Translations under genes and position numbers: made by a program
Part shown: in pieces, positions 23,422 through 32,541 of the stretch
Numbering within the stretch: position 1 is the first letter of the stretch
Layout: the number at the start of each line of letters is the position of its first letter
Notes under the pieces: model-generated
Database searches by the model: none
The model's input: the letters and a program-made list of their open reading frames with translations, nothing else
Told to the model about the DNA's origin: nothing
Origin: Candidatus Amesbacteria bacterium GW2011_GWB1_47_19
Lineage (GTDB): Bacteria; Patescibacteriota; Microgenomatia; CAZETR01; Amesbacteraceae
DNA: 64,000 bases
Direction of reading: 5' to 3'
Assembly: GCA_001002325.1 (NCBI GenBank)
Contig: LCNZ01000005.1
Coordinates: 18,274 to 82,273 of the forward strand

Positions 23422-25721
23422 GGATTGTCTCCGAATACTTCTAATTGAGTGTAATTGCTTAATACTATAGCAATATCCGTGATAGTAATAAAGTTGTCGG
23501 CATCTATGTCGTATATCATATTTTCGGAAAAGACTGGAACGGCTAACTCTGTGTAGTTGCTGATCATCAGACCCAGGTCAATAATGTTGAGAATGTTGTT
23601 GTCATCAAAATCACCAGCCATCATTTCCAGTGATGCCCAAGCGGCGGGGCCGACATTGAGGCCGAAGACGAATCTTAGAGTACCCAGCCTTTTTTGCAGG
23701 TATCCGGGACCTTTGGAGTAGACATCATAGTTGGTACCGAGGGAAGAAATAGGAGACTGGGCGATGTCTATGGGAGCATCGGAGTTGAAGACTCCGTTGA
23801 TGGTACTGGTCATGGTGTGGGTATAGGTATAGCCGTCAAAAGCGTTTACCAGGGACGGGTTTACGCTACGGTTTACGAGAGATCTGGTAACCCCTTGCAT
23901 CCTGACCGAGTAGCGGAAAGTGGAAGGAGGAGGTTCGGTGGGGTAAGGAGTGTCTGTAGGATACGGAGTTTCGGTGGGGTAAGGAGTGTCTGTAGGATAC
24001 GGAGTTTCGGTGGGGTAAGGAGTCTCAGTCGGGGCCGTGACAAACGTATAGACAGGATTGGACGGAGGAATGAGAATATTACGTGTAGGACTGGCTTTGG
24101 TCATAACTTTAGTCTGAATCAGATCGTAAGTCAGGCGTACGGGGTTGGTAGGAGGTACGGTGAGCGCGTAAATATAGAACCTGACAATGGGCTGGCTGAC
24201 GTTGCTGGTATAGCCCACCGTGGAGGTATTAGTGGCAGCGAAGTCGATGGTTACCCGGCCATTTGCGCGTGAAACTGAATTGACGGGGAAAGTCCAATAG
24301 GGAGAACTATCAAACGGATCAACGGTGGTAATCTGGTAAACTGGGTTACCGAATTGGTCTGTAATATCCACTTCAACATCACCCGTGGCACTATACGGGT
24401 ATGAAAGCCGGAAACTAAGGGAGGAGATGGCCTGTCCTCCGGTATTGAGGCTGATGGTGATAGGAAACGCTTGGGTGGTTGGTTTGGTAGCGGTGAGCGG
24501 GTTTGTAGTTAGAGTGGCGGATCCAACGACACCAGTCGGAGTAGCTGAGGGAATGGGTGCGACGGTGGCGGTACCTCCAGGTAATGTCGGCACGACGGTG
24601 CCGGTACCCCCTGAGGGTTGTACTATAACGGAATACATACCCACAATGGTCGTGGGGTCATTGGGGCCGAGAGTGACAGTCTGACCAGCCGAAAAATCGC
24701 GTGAAAGCAGACTATATGTGGTAGGTTCACTATTAACCATATTCAGTCCGGTATCGGTATAAGCTGTGGTCCAGGACGGCCGGCCGGTAATACGATCATC
24801 GAACGCCAGATAGACAATTGCATGACTGGCAACGGTAAAAGTAGCCAGAGGGCTAGTGTTGTAGGAGCGGGAAACTTGAGCGGTGCGGATCCATTGCGAG
24901 CCTAAGACCAGAGAAGGAATAGTAGACCAAATATAGGTCCGATCTCCATATTGAGTGGAACCCACTTGAAGATTATTCTGGATGGACCAATTGACAGCAT
25001 TGGCTGAATCGTAAACTACCAGATTGGAAATCAGGGATCCGGGACCCGGGGTGGGTGTGTTGGTGCCCTGAATAGTAACATCAGCGGGAGAGGTAGAAAA
25101 AACGAGGTTAGTGCTAAGGTCGTTAACCAATTGGGAGTTGGGGGCATTGATGACAATTTGGGTAGGAACCGATTGGCCTTGTTGGAGTTTAAATGCCACC
25201 GGGAAACTGGCGGCTTCGATCAGGCCGGATTGGGCAGGGGGTTTGGGATCGCATTGACCCTGAATAGGATCACATAACGCCAGGGCAAAGATAACCCTGC
25301 CTGTGGAGTTGGCATTAGCCATGGTTGTTTTGGAAATAATAGCCGGGAACAAGGAAGTGGTGGTAACATCACCGGTTAACTGGATCAGGCTCTGGTTAAA
25401 GTTTAATTCGACCAGGATAAAACCAATCATGTGGGCTTTGGCATCGACCATCACTTTTACTGTTTGATTCGGAGGAAGAGTAAAAGATGAAGCGCCGGAA
25501 GAGCTGGTAACGTAAATATGCGGATCGGTGGCGGCGGCGCGGGAAGGCAGTTTGATGCCACCGGTCTTGAGGATATAAACGGCAACAGGAAGACTGAGGG
25601 CAAGAATTACCAGGGCGGCGATTTGGAGAAACAGCGGGAGCCGGACAAACTTTCCACGTAAGCGGTCAAAAAAACTTTCTTTAGGCAAAGACGGAGTCTC
25701 TTCCGACAAGTCTTTTTTCAT
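23418..25721 (-). CDS. Large surface protein with cohesin-like domain, (TPYPT[DE]) repeats and C-terminal dockerin-like double Ca-binding repeat
   Basis: C-terminus has DFDDNNILNIIDLGLMISNY followed by DIDADNFITITDIAIVLSNY, two DxDxDN-type repeats. Internal segment carries FRLSYPYSATG...VTIDFAATN. N-terminal TM. Confidence 0.55.
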   Translation of the reverse strand: MKKDLSEETPSLPKESFFDRLRGKFVRLPLFLQIAALVILALSLPVAVYILKTGGIKLPSRAAATDPHIYVTSSSGASSFTLPPNQTVKVMVDAKAHMIGFILVELNFNQSLIQLTGDVTTTSLFPAIISKTTMANANSTGRVIFALALCDPIQGQCDPKPPAQSGLIEAASFPVAFKLQQGQSVPTQIVINAPNSQLVNDLSTNLVFSTSPADVTIQGTNTPTPGPGSLISNLVVYDSANAVNWSIQNNLQVGSTQYGDRTYIWSTIPSLVLGSQWIRTAQVSRSYNTSPLATFTVASHAIVYLAFDDRITGRPSWTTAYTDTGLNMVNSEPTTYSLLSRDFSAGQTVTLGPNDPTTIVGMYSVIVQPSGGTGTVVPTLPGGTATVAPIPSATPTGVVGSATLTTNPLTATKPTTQAFPITISLNTGGQAISSLSFRLSYPYSATGDVEVDITDQFGNPVYQITTVDPFDSSPYWTFPVNSVSRANGRVTIDFAATNTSTVGYTSNVSQPIVRFYIYALTVPPTNPVRLTYDLIQTKVMTKASPTRNILIPPSNPVYTFVTAPTETPYPTETPYPTDTPYPTETPYPTDTPYPTEPPPSTFRYSVRMQGVTRSLVNRSVNPSLVNAFDGYTYTHTMTSTINGVFNSDAPIDIAQSPISSLGTNYDVYSKGPGYLQKRLGTLRFVFGLNVGPAAWASLEMMAGDFDDNNILNIIDLGLMISNYTELAVPVFSENMIYDIDADNFITITDIAIVLSNYTQLEVFGDNP
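23931..24040. repeat. three tandem 36-bp repeats encoding TPYPTETPYPTD
   Basis: ttcggtggggtaaggagtgtctgtaggatacggagt appears three times in tandem, inside CDS 23418-25721. Confidence 0.8.
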
Positions 25722-25783
25722 TGTACGTTTTCATAGTAGAACGATTTGGGAGGAGAAGTCAAGCGGTAATTATTTGATGTACA

Positions 25784-27322
25784 ATGCTTGAAGGTATGCA
25801 AAGTTCAGTGGTGAAACTTCTGGAAAGCTTAAATAAGGACAATCCGGTTCGGACGGACCAGAGGGAAGACGATGAAGGTCCGGTGGAAAAAATAGCCCAG
25901 GCGTATGAATTGGCACGCAACGCCATGGAATACAGGGCGGAGCATCTGGTACGGAGAGCGGCAATTGAAAGAATATTGAAAAGACAATTATTGTTCGGGA
26001 AGGATGCCTCGTCCCTGGCAGGTTTGCTGCTGCGGGAATTGAAATGGGCAAAATATATAGGTCTGGAAGGTGAAAGAGCGGCGAAGAAAGAGGAAGTCAG
26101 GAAAATACTGGAGACTTATACACCCTGGCTGGACGGAAGGCAATGGGAGAGGGAATGGCTGGTGGGGCTGATTTCGGCGGCGATTGAAGAGAGGTTGAGT
26201 CAAAACCGGGATTACCACGCATTTACGGGTTTCGTATTCGGACATTTAAAATCCGTGATAGTACCAGAGTCGGTGGCAGAATTCGACCTGATACTATATG
26301 TGGCTGTAGATAAAGTTTTTTCCCAGTCCGACAATCAACAGATCTCTTACCATTTGTACAATCTGGTGGCCGAACAAGCCGGCCGGGAGGGAGTATGCGA
26401 TACGGGGAAATTGTTGGAAATCACCCGGAAACAATTTCTGACCGGCGTTAACCATCCGTTGTTCAACAGGCTGTCGGTAGTGGTCAGAAAAATAACGGGG
26501 CCGCTGGTATTGGTCAGAGATATATATTTTTCCGACCCAACGGGTTTTGAGTATGTGCTGGCTGACGCGGATATTTTTAAAGACAAAGCGATGAGGGTGC
26601 TGTCGGAACAGTTGAGGTTGCTTCGGGGCAGGATGAGTACGGCCGGTTGGCGAAGCCTGATTTACGTATTTTTGACAAAAATGCTGTTTGCATTAATACT
26701 GGAAATTCCAATAGACAGGTGGTTGAGAGGTAATGTCGCCTGGATGACATTGACGGTAAATACCGTGTTTCCCGTTGGCTTGATGTGGGTATTGACGGCC
26801 AATATTCGGTTACCAGGAGGGCGGGATCAGGAGAAATTGGTGAAAAAAGCCTGGCTGGCGGTATCCGGGGAACCGGGTAAATGGCTGGAAGGAGAAGAAG
26901 TTATATTCCGCAAAGAAACAAAGGGGGTAAGGTTTAACACATTTCTTGTAGTCTATGCGATATTTTCCGCAGTAGTTTTCGGATTGATTTTAGGAGTTTT
27001 GTTTAAAGCGGGGTTCAGCGTAATCAGCGGTCTGATATTCATATTCTTCGTCACGGTAGTGAGCTTTTTTGCATACCGGATCCGGCAGACAGCCCAGATT
27101 TACTCTCAACGGACAGGCCGGGGTTTGGGTTCGTCGGTGGGAGATATGCTGATGCTGCCGATTGTGGCTGTAGGGAGCTGGCTGAGCCTGGGGGTATCGA
27201 AGCTGAATTTTCTGGTATTTGTTTTTGATTTTATTTTGGAGGCACCGTTTAAAATGATACTCCGGGTGCTGGATAACTGGTTTGATTTCCTATCCGGAAA
27301 AAGGGATGAAGTGGTAGGGTGA
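25784..27322 (+). CDS. hypothetical membrane protein (cytosolic helical N-domain plus 6-7 TM)
   Basis: 512 aa ORF with hydrophobic helices in the C-terminal half. No family recognised. Confidence 0.4.
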   Translation: MLEGMQSSVVKLLESLNKDNPVRTDQREDDEGPVEKIAQAYELARNAMEYRAEHLVRRAAIERILKRQLLFGKDASSLAGLLLRELKWAKYIGLEGERAAKKEEVRKILETYTPWLDGRQWEREWLVGLISAAIEERLSQNRDYHAFTGFVFGHLKSVIVPESVAEFDLILYVAVDKVFSQSDNQQISYHLYNLVAEQAGREGVCDTGKLLEITRKQFLTGVNHPLFNRLSVVVRKITGPLVLVRDIYFSDPTGFEYVLADADIFKDKAMRVLSEQLRLLRGRMSTAGWRSLIYVFLTKMLFALILEIPIDRWLRGNVAWMTLTVNTVFPVGLMWVLTANIRLPGGRDQEKLVKKAWLAVSGEPGKWLEGEEVIFRKETKGVRFNTFLVVYAIFSAVVFGLILGVLFKAGFSVISGLIFIFFVTVVSFFAYRIRQTAQIYSQRTGRGLGSSVGDMLMLPIVAVGSWLSLGVSKLNFLVFVFDFILEAPFKMILRVLDNWFDFLSGKRDEVVG

Positions 27323-28017
27323 GTGAAACTGAAACGGTTGTGAATAAAAACCGATAACATTTCAGACGCCTGCTGTAAGAACTGGCGACGTCTGACCTGA
27401 AACTTTTTGCGGCTCCATTCAAAATACATACGGGATCCGGTTTTTTTCATCATCCAGTGATCAAAGTAAAATTTGGCTACAAAGAAGAGACTGGGATTGA
27501 TTTTTTCGATTCCCCCGAGCTTTTCTACGGCCTGCAAAATACGGGGAAACGACCAGAGTTCCAGGGAATCCAGATCGTAAAGGATCCGGGCTTCGAGAGT
27601 GCGTTTGGGAAGGATCTGAAAAGAGGAGTGTTTGCGGATGGCGTATTTAATTTTTGAGGTTTGGGTCAGAGTCAGAGGAAAGCGGGCAGCATATCGGGAA
27701 AAAAGACGCATGGAACCGATACCTTCGGCGACGTTGTGGAAAATGACGGCCCTTTTCTTTGCGGGATTTTTGGTGGATTTCCAGATATCGTGCCAGCAAA
27801 TTGCCGGAAGTAGGGCGTCGAAGTCGATGCGGGAAAGTTTGACTTCAGCATTTTGGTCCAAGAATTCAGAAAGCGAGTCCAGAATGGAGTAAACATGATT
27901 TTGATTGTGGAGCGGATCGAGAGTACCCCGCATCCGCCGGATGGCATGGTCACAGACTGCAACGGTGGCGGGTGAGACCAGAATGCGGTGGCGGAGCAGG
28001 AAATGATGGAGAGTCAT
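27106..28017 (-). CDS. HD-domain-like phosphohydrolase (tentative)
   Basis: His residues followed by ICWHDIWK (HD). The C-terminal 70 aa are low-complexity and overlap the convergent gene 25784-27322. Confidence 0.35.
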   Translation of the reverse strand: MTLHHFLLRHRILVSPATVAVCDHAIRRMRGTLDPLHNQNHVYSILDSLSEFLDQNAEVKLSRIDFDALLPAICWHDIWKSTKNPAKKRAVIFHNVAEGIGSMRLFSRYAARFPLTLTQTSKIKYAIRKHSSFQILPKRTLEARILYDLDSLELWSFPRILQAVEKLGGIEKINPSLFFVAKFYFDHWMMKKTGSRMYFEWSRKKFQVRRRQFLQQASEMLSVFIHNRFSFTHPTTSSLFPDRKSNQLSSTRSIILNGASKIKSKTNTRKFSFDTPRLSQLPTATIGSISISPTDEPKPRPVR

Positions 28018-28484
28018 AGTGTTTGGGGCGCCGGCGTGACAAACCGGCGGTCTACGGCGGGTAAGGTAATGGTATCCCCCGTTCCCAGATGGATATCTAT
28101 TCCGGCCGGGTCCGGTTCCACAATTGCATTTACAACTTCGAATACGGAATCGGTAGGCATAACATCACCAGTGAAGTCCAGATCTTTGGTCCGGCCGAGA
28201 TATTTAACAATTGAACCGCGTTGTATATATATGTAGTGCATAGTTTTCCAATAAGGTTTGACCTCGGGCAGCTTATGAATAACACCCACGTAAACTTTAG
28301 CCAGTGTGCAGCAGACCTGTCCCCGGTACAGATAACCGGGAATTAGCCTGGCTTTGATTTTATCGGCTAAATCGGGATGCAACATAAAAAAAATTACTGC
28401 TGGACAGATTGGTTGGCATAATGATAGCATTGCCGATATGGCGATAAAAAGAGTCAGTAGAGTGACAAAGAGACAAAGTGACAT
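28014..28484 (-). CDS. hypothetical membrane-anchored protein
   Basis: Start trimmed to MSLCLFV... to avoid overlap with the opposite-strand gene. One TM segment. No family recognised. Confidence 0.3.
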   Translation of the reverse strand: MSLCLFVTLLTLFIAISAMLSLCQPICPAVIFFMLHPDLADKIKARLIPGYLYRGQVCCTLAKVYVGVIHKLPEVKPYWKTMHYIYIQRGSIVKYLGRTKDLDFTGDVMPTDSVFEVVNAIVEPDPAGIDIHLGTGDTITLPAVDRRFVTPAPQTL

Positions 28485-28497
28485 AGATAGAGAAGTG

Positions 28498-29118
28498 ATG
28501 CCGGAATCGCCGGTATTTGAGGTAACGTCTCCGGCCAAGCGCAAAAACAAAAAGTACCTATGGATTGCCGGGGTAATTCTGCTTTTGGGATTGTGGTGGT
28601 ATAAAACGAACACCTGGCCGGTGGTAGCGATGGTGGGTTTTACGCCCGTATTCAGGCATCAGGTAAACCAGGCCCTTTTTAAACAGGGAGGAAAGAATGT
28701 AGTAGAAGGAATTGTGACTGAGAGATTGGTAAAGGGGGAGTTGGCCAAGAAAGGAATTTCCGTATCTGATTCTCAGGCAGATGCAAAAATAGAGGAAGTC
28801 AAGAAAAGTCTGGGTGAGGGAGTGGACTTTGATGCTCTGCTGGCTGAAAAAGGGCTGACAGTGGATGAAGTTCGAAGCCAGGTTAAAATCCAGCTGGGGC
28901 TGGAGCAGATTATTGCCAGCCAGGCTACAGTCTCGGCTGAAGAAGTGGACAAATATGTCAAGGACAACGGAGCGTTTTTAAACGGAACAACCGATGCGGA
29001 AAAAAGGGCTAGCGCCGAGAAAATGCTGGCTGACCAGAAGGTGCAAACCGGCATCTCAACCTGGATCGAGGAACTGAAAACCAGGTCAAAAGTGTGGTAT
29101 ATAGGGATAAATCAGTAG
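28498..29118 (+). CDS. SurA N-terminal-domain-like chaperone (no PPIase domain), TM-anchored
   Basis: TM then the helical pattern LVKGELAKKGISVSDSQADAKIEEVKKSLG...FDALLAEKGLTVDEVRSQVKIQLGLEQII...VSAEEVDKY, typical of SurA_N/PpiD/PrsA N-domains. Start chosen at MPESPV. Confidence 0.45.
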   Translation: MPESPVFEVTSPAKRKNKKYLWIAGVILLLGLWWYKTNTWPVVAMVGFTPVFRHQVNQALFKQGGKNVVEGIVTERLVKGELAKKGISVSDSQADAKIEEVKKSLGEGVDFDALLAEKGLTVDEVRSQVKIQLGLEQIIASQATVSAEEVDKYVKDNGAFLNGTTDAEKRASAEKMLADQKVQTGISTWIEELKTRSKVWYIGINQ

Positions 29119-29183
29119 ATGTATAGTAAATAGGTTGTGATTTAGGGGTTGACATAACAGTAGGCCTGTAGTAGTATAAACGA

Positions 29184-30290
29184 ATGCCAAATAGTGAATT
29201 TCAGCCAAGGTTGCGAGAACGCCTGATGCCGAAGAATAACGGCCCGAGGCTCCCGAAACGTCCGGGTAAAGATTTAAATATTCCTGACTACAGAGAAAGA
29301 GCAGGGGTTGAGACGATGGCCATTGGAGGCATTGTAACGGTTGAAGCCATGAGACGACTGATGGATCAGTATTTTGATGCTCAAGATGGAGTAGCAACCC
29401 AAGCACCCGTTACCACTGAGGCGCCGGTTGTAACCCAGGAACCAACCCAGGAAGCAACTGCGACTCAAGTAGCATCTTCACCCACACCGGAAGCTACTAA
29501 CACGCAGGTTCCTGAACCCACTGCTACCCAACAGGGTTGTGGTAAGCAATATGATATTGACGGAATGAAGAGATACAAATTTGGAGGATTGGAGCATACT
29601 GAACAGACAATCAAAGTCGAACAGGAAAGTGATGTAACCGCAAAAATAAGATATGTACAGGATGTAGATAAATCAGGACGCGAATTTTGTGCTGAAAATG
29701 AATTGCAGACACACGAAACTGCTGTAGTTTATATCGATGGTTGTGGAAAAATTGAAATAACAGACGGCGTTAAAGGTGCAAATGAAGGTACTGATAAATT
29801 CAGTTGCGTTCTTCCGAAAGGTGAATATAAACTCCATGTACAATCGACAGCAAGTGATTACAATGACGTCGGAAGTATTAACATTGGAATAGATATAAAT
29901 ATGGAAGCTGTTCCGACCAAAACGCCGGCATCCCCCACTCCTATTCCTACGACCATGACACCGACTCTTGTTGCCCCGACGATTACACCTACACCTTATC
30001 CCACGGGTTTAGTAACACCTGAGAACTCACCTACACCCCCGTATTATACTGGGACTCCTACTCCTACGGGCGAGTTTCCAACTGCTACTCCTACTCGTAC
30101 AAACGATAATCCCCCCGGCCGTAAGCCGACACCTACTGAAACTTATGTACCAGGTGTTCCTGCACAGCAAAGAGCGATGGTGCCAGTAACCGGAGCTGAA
30201 GTAAACGGTGAGGTGACTGGAGCGGCAATTATGGCTCTGGCCTTTATTTTAGGTAGCATAGCGTATTCAAGAAATCACAGGAGAAGATAA
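29184..30290 (+). CDS. Thr/Pro-rich surface protein with small 4-Cys domain and C-terminal TM plus basic tail
   Basis: TP-rich linkers and C-terminus ...MVPVTGAEVNGEVTGAAIMALAFILGSIAYSRNHRRR. Confidence 0.45.
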   Translation: MPNSEFQPRLRERLMPKNNGPRLPKRPGKDLNIPDYRERAGVETMAIGGIVTVEAMRRLMDQYFDAQDGVATQAPVTTEAPVVTQEPTQEATATQVASSPTPEATNTQVPEPTATQQGCGKQYDIDGMKRYKFGGLEHTEQTIKVEQESDVTAKIRYVQDVDKSGREFCAENELQTHETAVVYIDGCGKIEITDGVKGANEGTDKFSCVLPKGEYKLHVQSTASDYNDVGSINIGIDINMEAVPTKTPASPTPIPTTMTPTLVAPTITPTPYPTGLVTPENSPTPPYYTGTPTPTGEFPTATPTRTNDNPPGRKPTPTETYVPGVPAQQRAMVPVTGAEVNGEVTGAAIMALAFILGSIAYSRNHRRR

Positions 30291-30430
30291 CGAAACAGAA
30301 TAAGAAATAATTTATTAGAAAAAAAGCTAGCACATTGATTAAAACCGCATACGGAATATGCGACGGGTTGAGGGCAGACAGGTGATGACTTACGAACGGA
30401 TTTTTGTGCTAGAAAGTCGGTTCGCTCAAA

Positions 30431-31858
30431 ATGTCTGCCTTCGACCGGCCGCATATGATAGAAACAGATAAGAATCAAATTATTGAACCAGGGAGCCAGT
30501 CTGACCTGGGATTTTTGAGGTCCATAAGAAAAACGGATCATCCCTGGCATGCAGTGTGGAAACAATTTACAGGAGAGAGAAAAGCTCTTGGACAAGGGAA
30601 TTGGTGTGAGTTAAATGTGGCCAGGGAAATAAACGGCCTGAGAAGGGAAGTGCAATTTGCCACATTATCAGAATGGGATTTTGATTTTTCAAAAATGCCC
30701 CAGGTGAAGGAACAATCCGACCAGGTGGCGGGGAGAGTAGCCAGGGAACTGATTAAACTGTCCCGGATGGAGAATCTCAAAACGATAAACGTCAGGCAGC
30801 TGGCCAAATCGGAAATAATCGGTGATGAAGAGGATGCCTGGGAAAAATATGTGAGAGAGACAATCAATAACGGGGAAGAGAGCCGGCCCGATCAAAACGG
30901 GAAAAATGTAAAATTGGCATTCGGGCTGGCAGCCATAGCCCTGGTGGTTGCCGGCAGCTGGTGGGGCTGGAATGTAGTGCATCGGCCGGACATCAAAACG
31001 GGAAATGAGCGGCAAAACAACGAATCCACACCGGTTGCCCGTAAGATGATTTTTGTAACCTGGCCGGAGAACCCCGACCTGCCAGTGGTGCAAAAACGGG
31101 TAAATACCGGTCAACCGGCAGTGCAGAAGACCGGGGACGCTGAAGTGTTCCGTCCGCCTGTGCCATGGTACACAATAAATTGGGAAGGAAATACTATTGA
31201 TTGGTCTATAGATGAACATGTAAGCATACAGGTGGCGGATGAAGATAGCAGGCAGATGAGTCTGGAATTGTCGAATTGGAGATCGCAACACGGAAAAGTA
31301 TCTGAGAGATCCGGAAAAGATAAAGGAAGGGGCGGTTTGGTGGATAAATTGATGAAAAAAGTAGGGATGAAGCCGCTGGAAAGAGGCGTGTCGGGAAAAT
31401 TTAAAAAGGTGGTGGATGATGTGAACGCCTGGTGGAAAAAAGAGGACAAAGCGATGCTTTTCAGGACATCTTCACCTGTCCGGATCGGGATGTTAATGCA
31501 TTCAGGTAGAGTGTTTTTACTGGAACAGGATTTATTGGCGGAGTATTTCCGGAAAAGCGGACAAAATGCGCTTGGGGATATCTTGAGATTAAAAAAAGGC
31601 GATAAAGTACTGGTTCTGAAGGTGGTTTGGGTATCGGAAAGTTTTTCGCAGGATGATTTTTTCAAATCCAAACTGGGAACACCCGCGGAGCCTTGGGAAC
31701 CTACCAGTCTGGATGAAAACGCCTTGGGTATACCTGACGAATACAGATCAAAACCGGGAGTAGATATTGTCTATTGTGCCGGGAAGAGCAAGATTAGCGA
31801 ATCCAGACAGGCAGTAGCTACAGAATTGATCGGAATTGAAGATGCCCCGCACAGATAA
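30431..31858 (+). CDS. hypothetical protein with one central TM
   Basis: 475 aa ORF. No family recognised. Confidence 0.4.
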   Translation: MSAFDRPHMIETDKNQIIEPGSQSDLGFLRSIRKTDHPWHAVWKQFTGERKALGQGNWCELNVAREINGLRREVQFATLSEWDFDFSKMPQVKEQSDQVAGRVARELIKLSRMENLKTINVRQLAKSEIIGDEEDAWEKYVRETINNGEESRPDQNGKNVKLAFGLAAIALVVAGSWWGWNVVHRPDIKTGNERQNNESTPVARKMIFVTWPENPDLPVVQKRVNTGQPAVQKTGDAEVFRPPVPWYTINWEGNTIDWSIDEHVSIQVADEDSRQMSLELSNWRSQHGKVSERSGKDKGRGGLVDKLMKKVGMKPLERGVSGKFKKVVDDVNAWWKKEDKAMLFRTSSPVRIGMLMHSGRVFLLEQDLLAEYFRKSGQNALGDILRLKKGDKVLVLKVVWVSESFSQDDFFKSKLGTPAEPWEPTSLDENALGIPDEYRSKPGVDIVYCAGKSKISESRQAVATELIGIEDAPHR

Positions 31859-31901
31859 CGGACGAGCAGATTTGGTGTAAAATTCGATTGGGCATTTAAA
31901 A

Positions 31902-31973
31902 GCCCCCGTAGCTCAACGGACAGAGTAAGTCCCTTCTAAGGACGAGATGGAGGTTCGATTCCTCCCGGGGGCA
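31902..31973 (+). tRNA. tRNA-Arg (anticodon TCT)
   Basis: Acceptor gcccccg/cgggggc, anticodon loop ctTCTaa, T-arm ggaggttcgattcctcc. Confidence 0.8.
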
Positions 31974-31978
31974 CTTGT

Positions 31979-32050
31979 GGGCCCGTAGCTCAGGGGTAGA
32001 GCAGTCGCCTCTTAAGCGAACGGTCGAAGGTTCGAATCCTTCCGGGCTCA
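31979..32050 (+). tRNA. tRNA-Lys (anticodon CTT)
   Basis: Acceptor gggcccg/cgggctc, anticodon loop ctCTTaa, T-arm gaaggttcgaatccttc. Confidence 0.8.
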
Positions 32051-32055
32051 CTTAA

Positions 32056-32126
32056 TGCGAGGTCGTCTAATGGTAGGACAGCAGACTTTGGATCTGCTTA
32101 TCTTGGTCCGAATCCAAGCCTCGCAG
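32056..32126 (+). tRNA. tRNA-Gln (anticodon TTG)
   Basis: U1:A72 acceptor tgcgagg/cctcgca, anticodon stem gcaga/tctgc with loop ctTTGga, T-arm cttggtccgaatccaag, discriminator G, followed by a T-run. Confidence 0.85.
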
Positions 32127-32180
32127 CTTTTTTATGATAGTGTTAGTGGACGATGTAAGAACCACCTATTGAGGTGTTAT

Positions 32181-32501
32181 CTACGAATTTATAGCCTTAA
32201 TTGCTTGTAATGTAAAAAACATTCCAAATATATAACTTAAGAGATGCGGAGCTATTAATAGACCAAAACTCATAATAAGATGTTTTCGTTGAATCAAGTT
32301 TGTTTTATCAAGTTTTTGCAAGTAGATTAAGTAGTATATGTTTACAGCGATAAATGTAAACCACAAAAGACTCGGCCATAAAAATCCAAAACTATACGCT
32401 CGATTACTTATTTGCGAATAACTGTATAACCTTTCAATAGAACCCCAAAGAAAAACTACGTTTATGAGTGTACTTACAGCTATCATTATTTTTGCTACCA
32501 T
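32181..32501 (-). CDS. hypothetical small membrane protein
   Basis: 106 aa with 3 predicted TM. Confidence 0.35.
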   Translation of the reverse strand: MVAKIMIAVSTLINVVFLWGSIERLYSYSQISNRAYSFGFLWPSLLWFTFIAVNIYYLIYLQKLDKTNLIQRKHLIMSFGLLIAPHLLSYIFGMFFTLQAIKAINS

Positions 32502-32541
32502 AATTGAAGTGTAGCATAATAAGTTCCAACATAGTCAACCA

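Noticed and set aside
23931-24040. Possible CRISPR array (regular repeats)
   Set aside because: The repeats are directly tandem 36-mers with no spacers and lie in-frame inside a protein-coding gene, encoding TPYPT[DE]. Not CRISPR. No cas genes nearby.
23694-24684. ORFs 23694-24272(+) and 24385-24684(+)
   Set aside because: They are antisense to the 767-aa surface protein gene. Their repetitive Gly/Arg-rich translation is produced by the TPYPTE repeat region.
28014-28613. DUF192 assignment for ORF 28014-28613
   Set aside because: On side-by-side comparison with the clear DUF192 domain at 61528-62991, the D.GMLF / FWMK / PLD motifs are absent. Kept as hypothetical.
30689-31671. ORFs 30689-31291(-), 31111-31671(-), 30538-30867(-)
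   Set aside because: They are antisense shadows inside the 475-aa ORF 30431-31858. No similarity, low-complexity.
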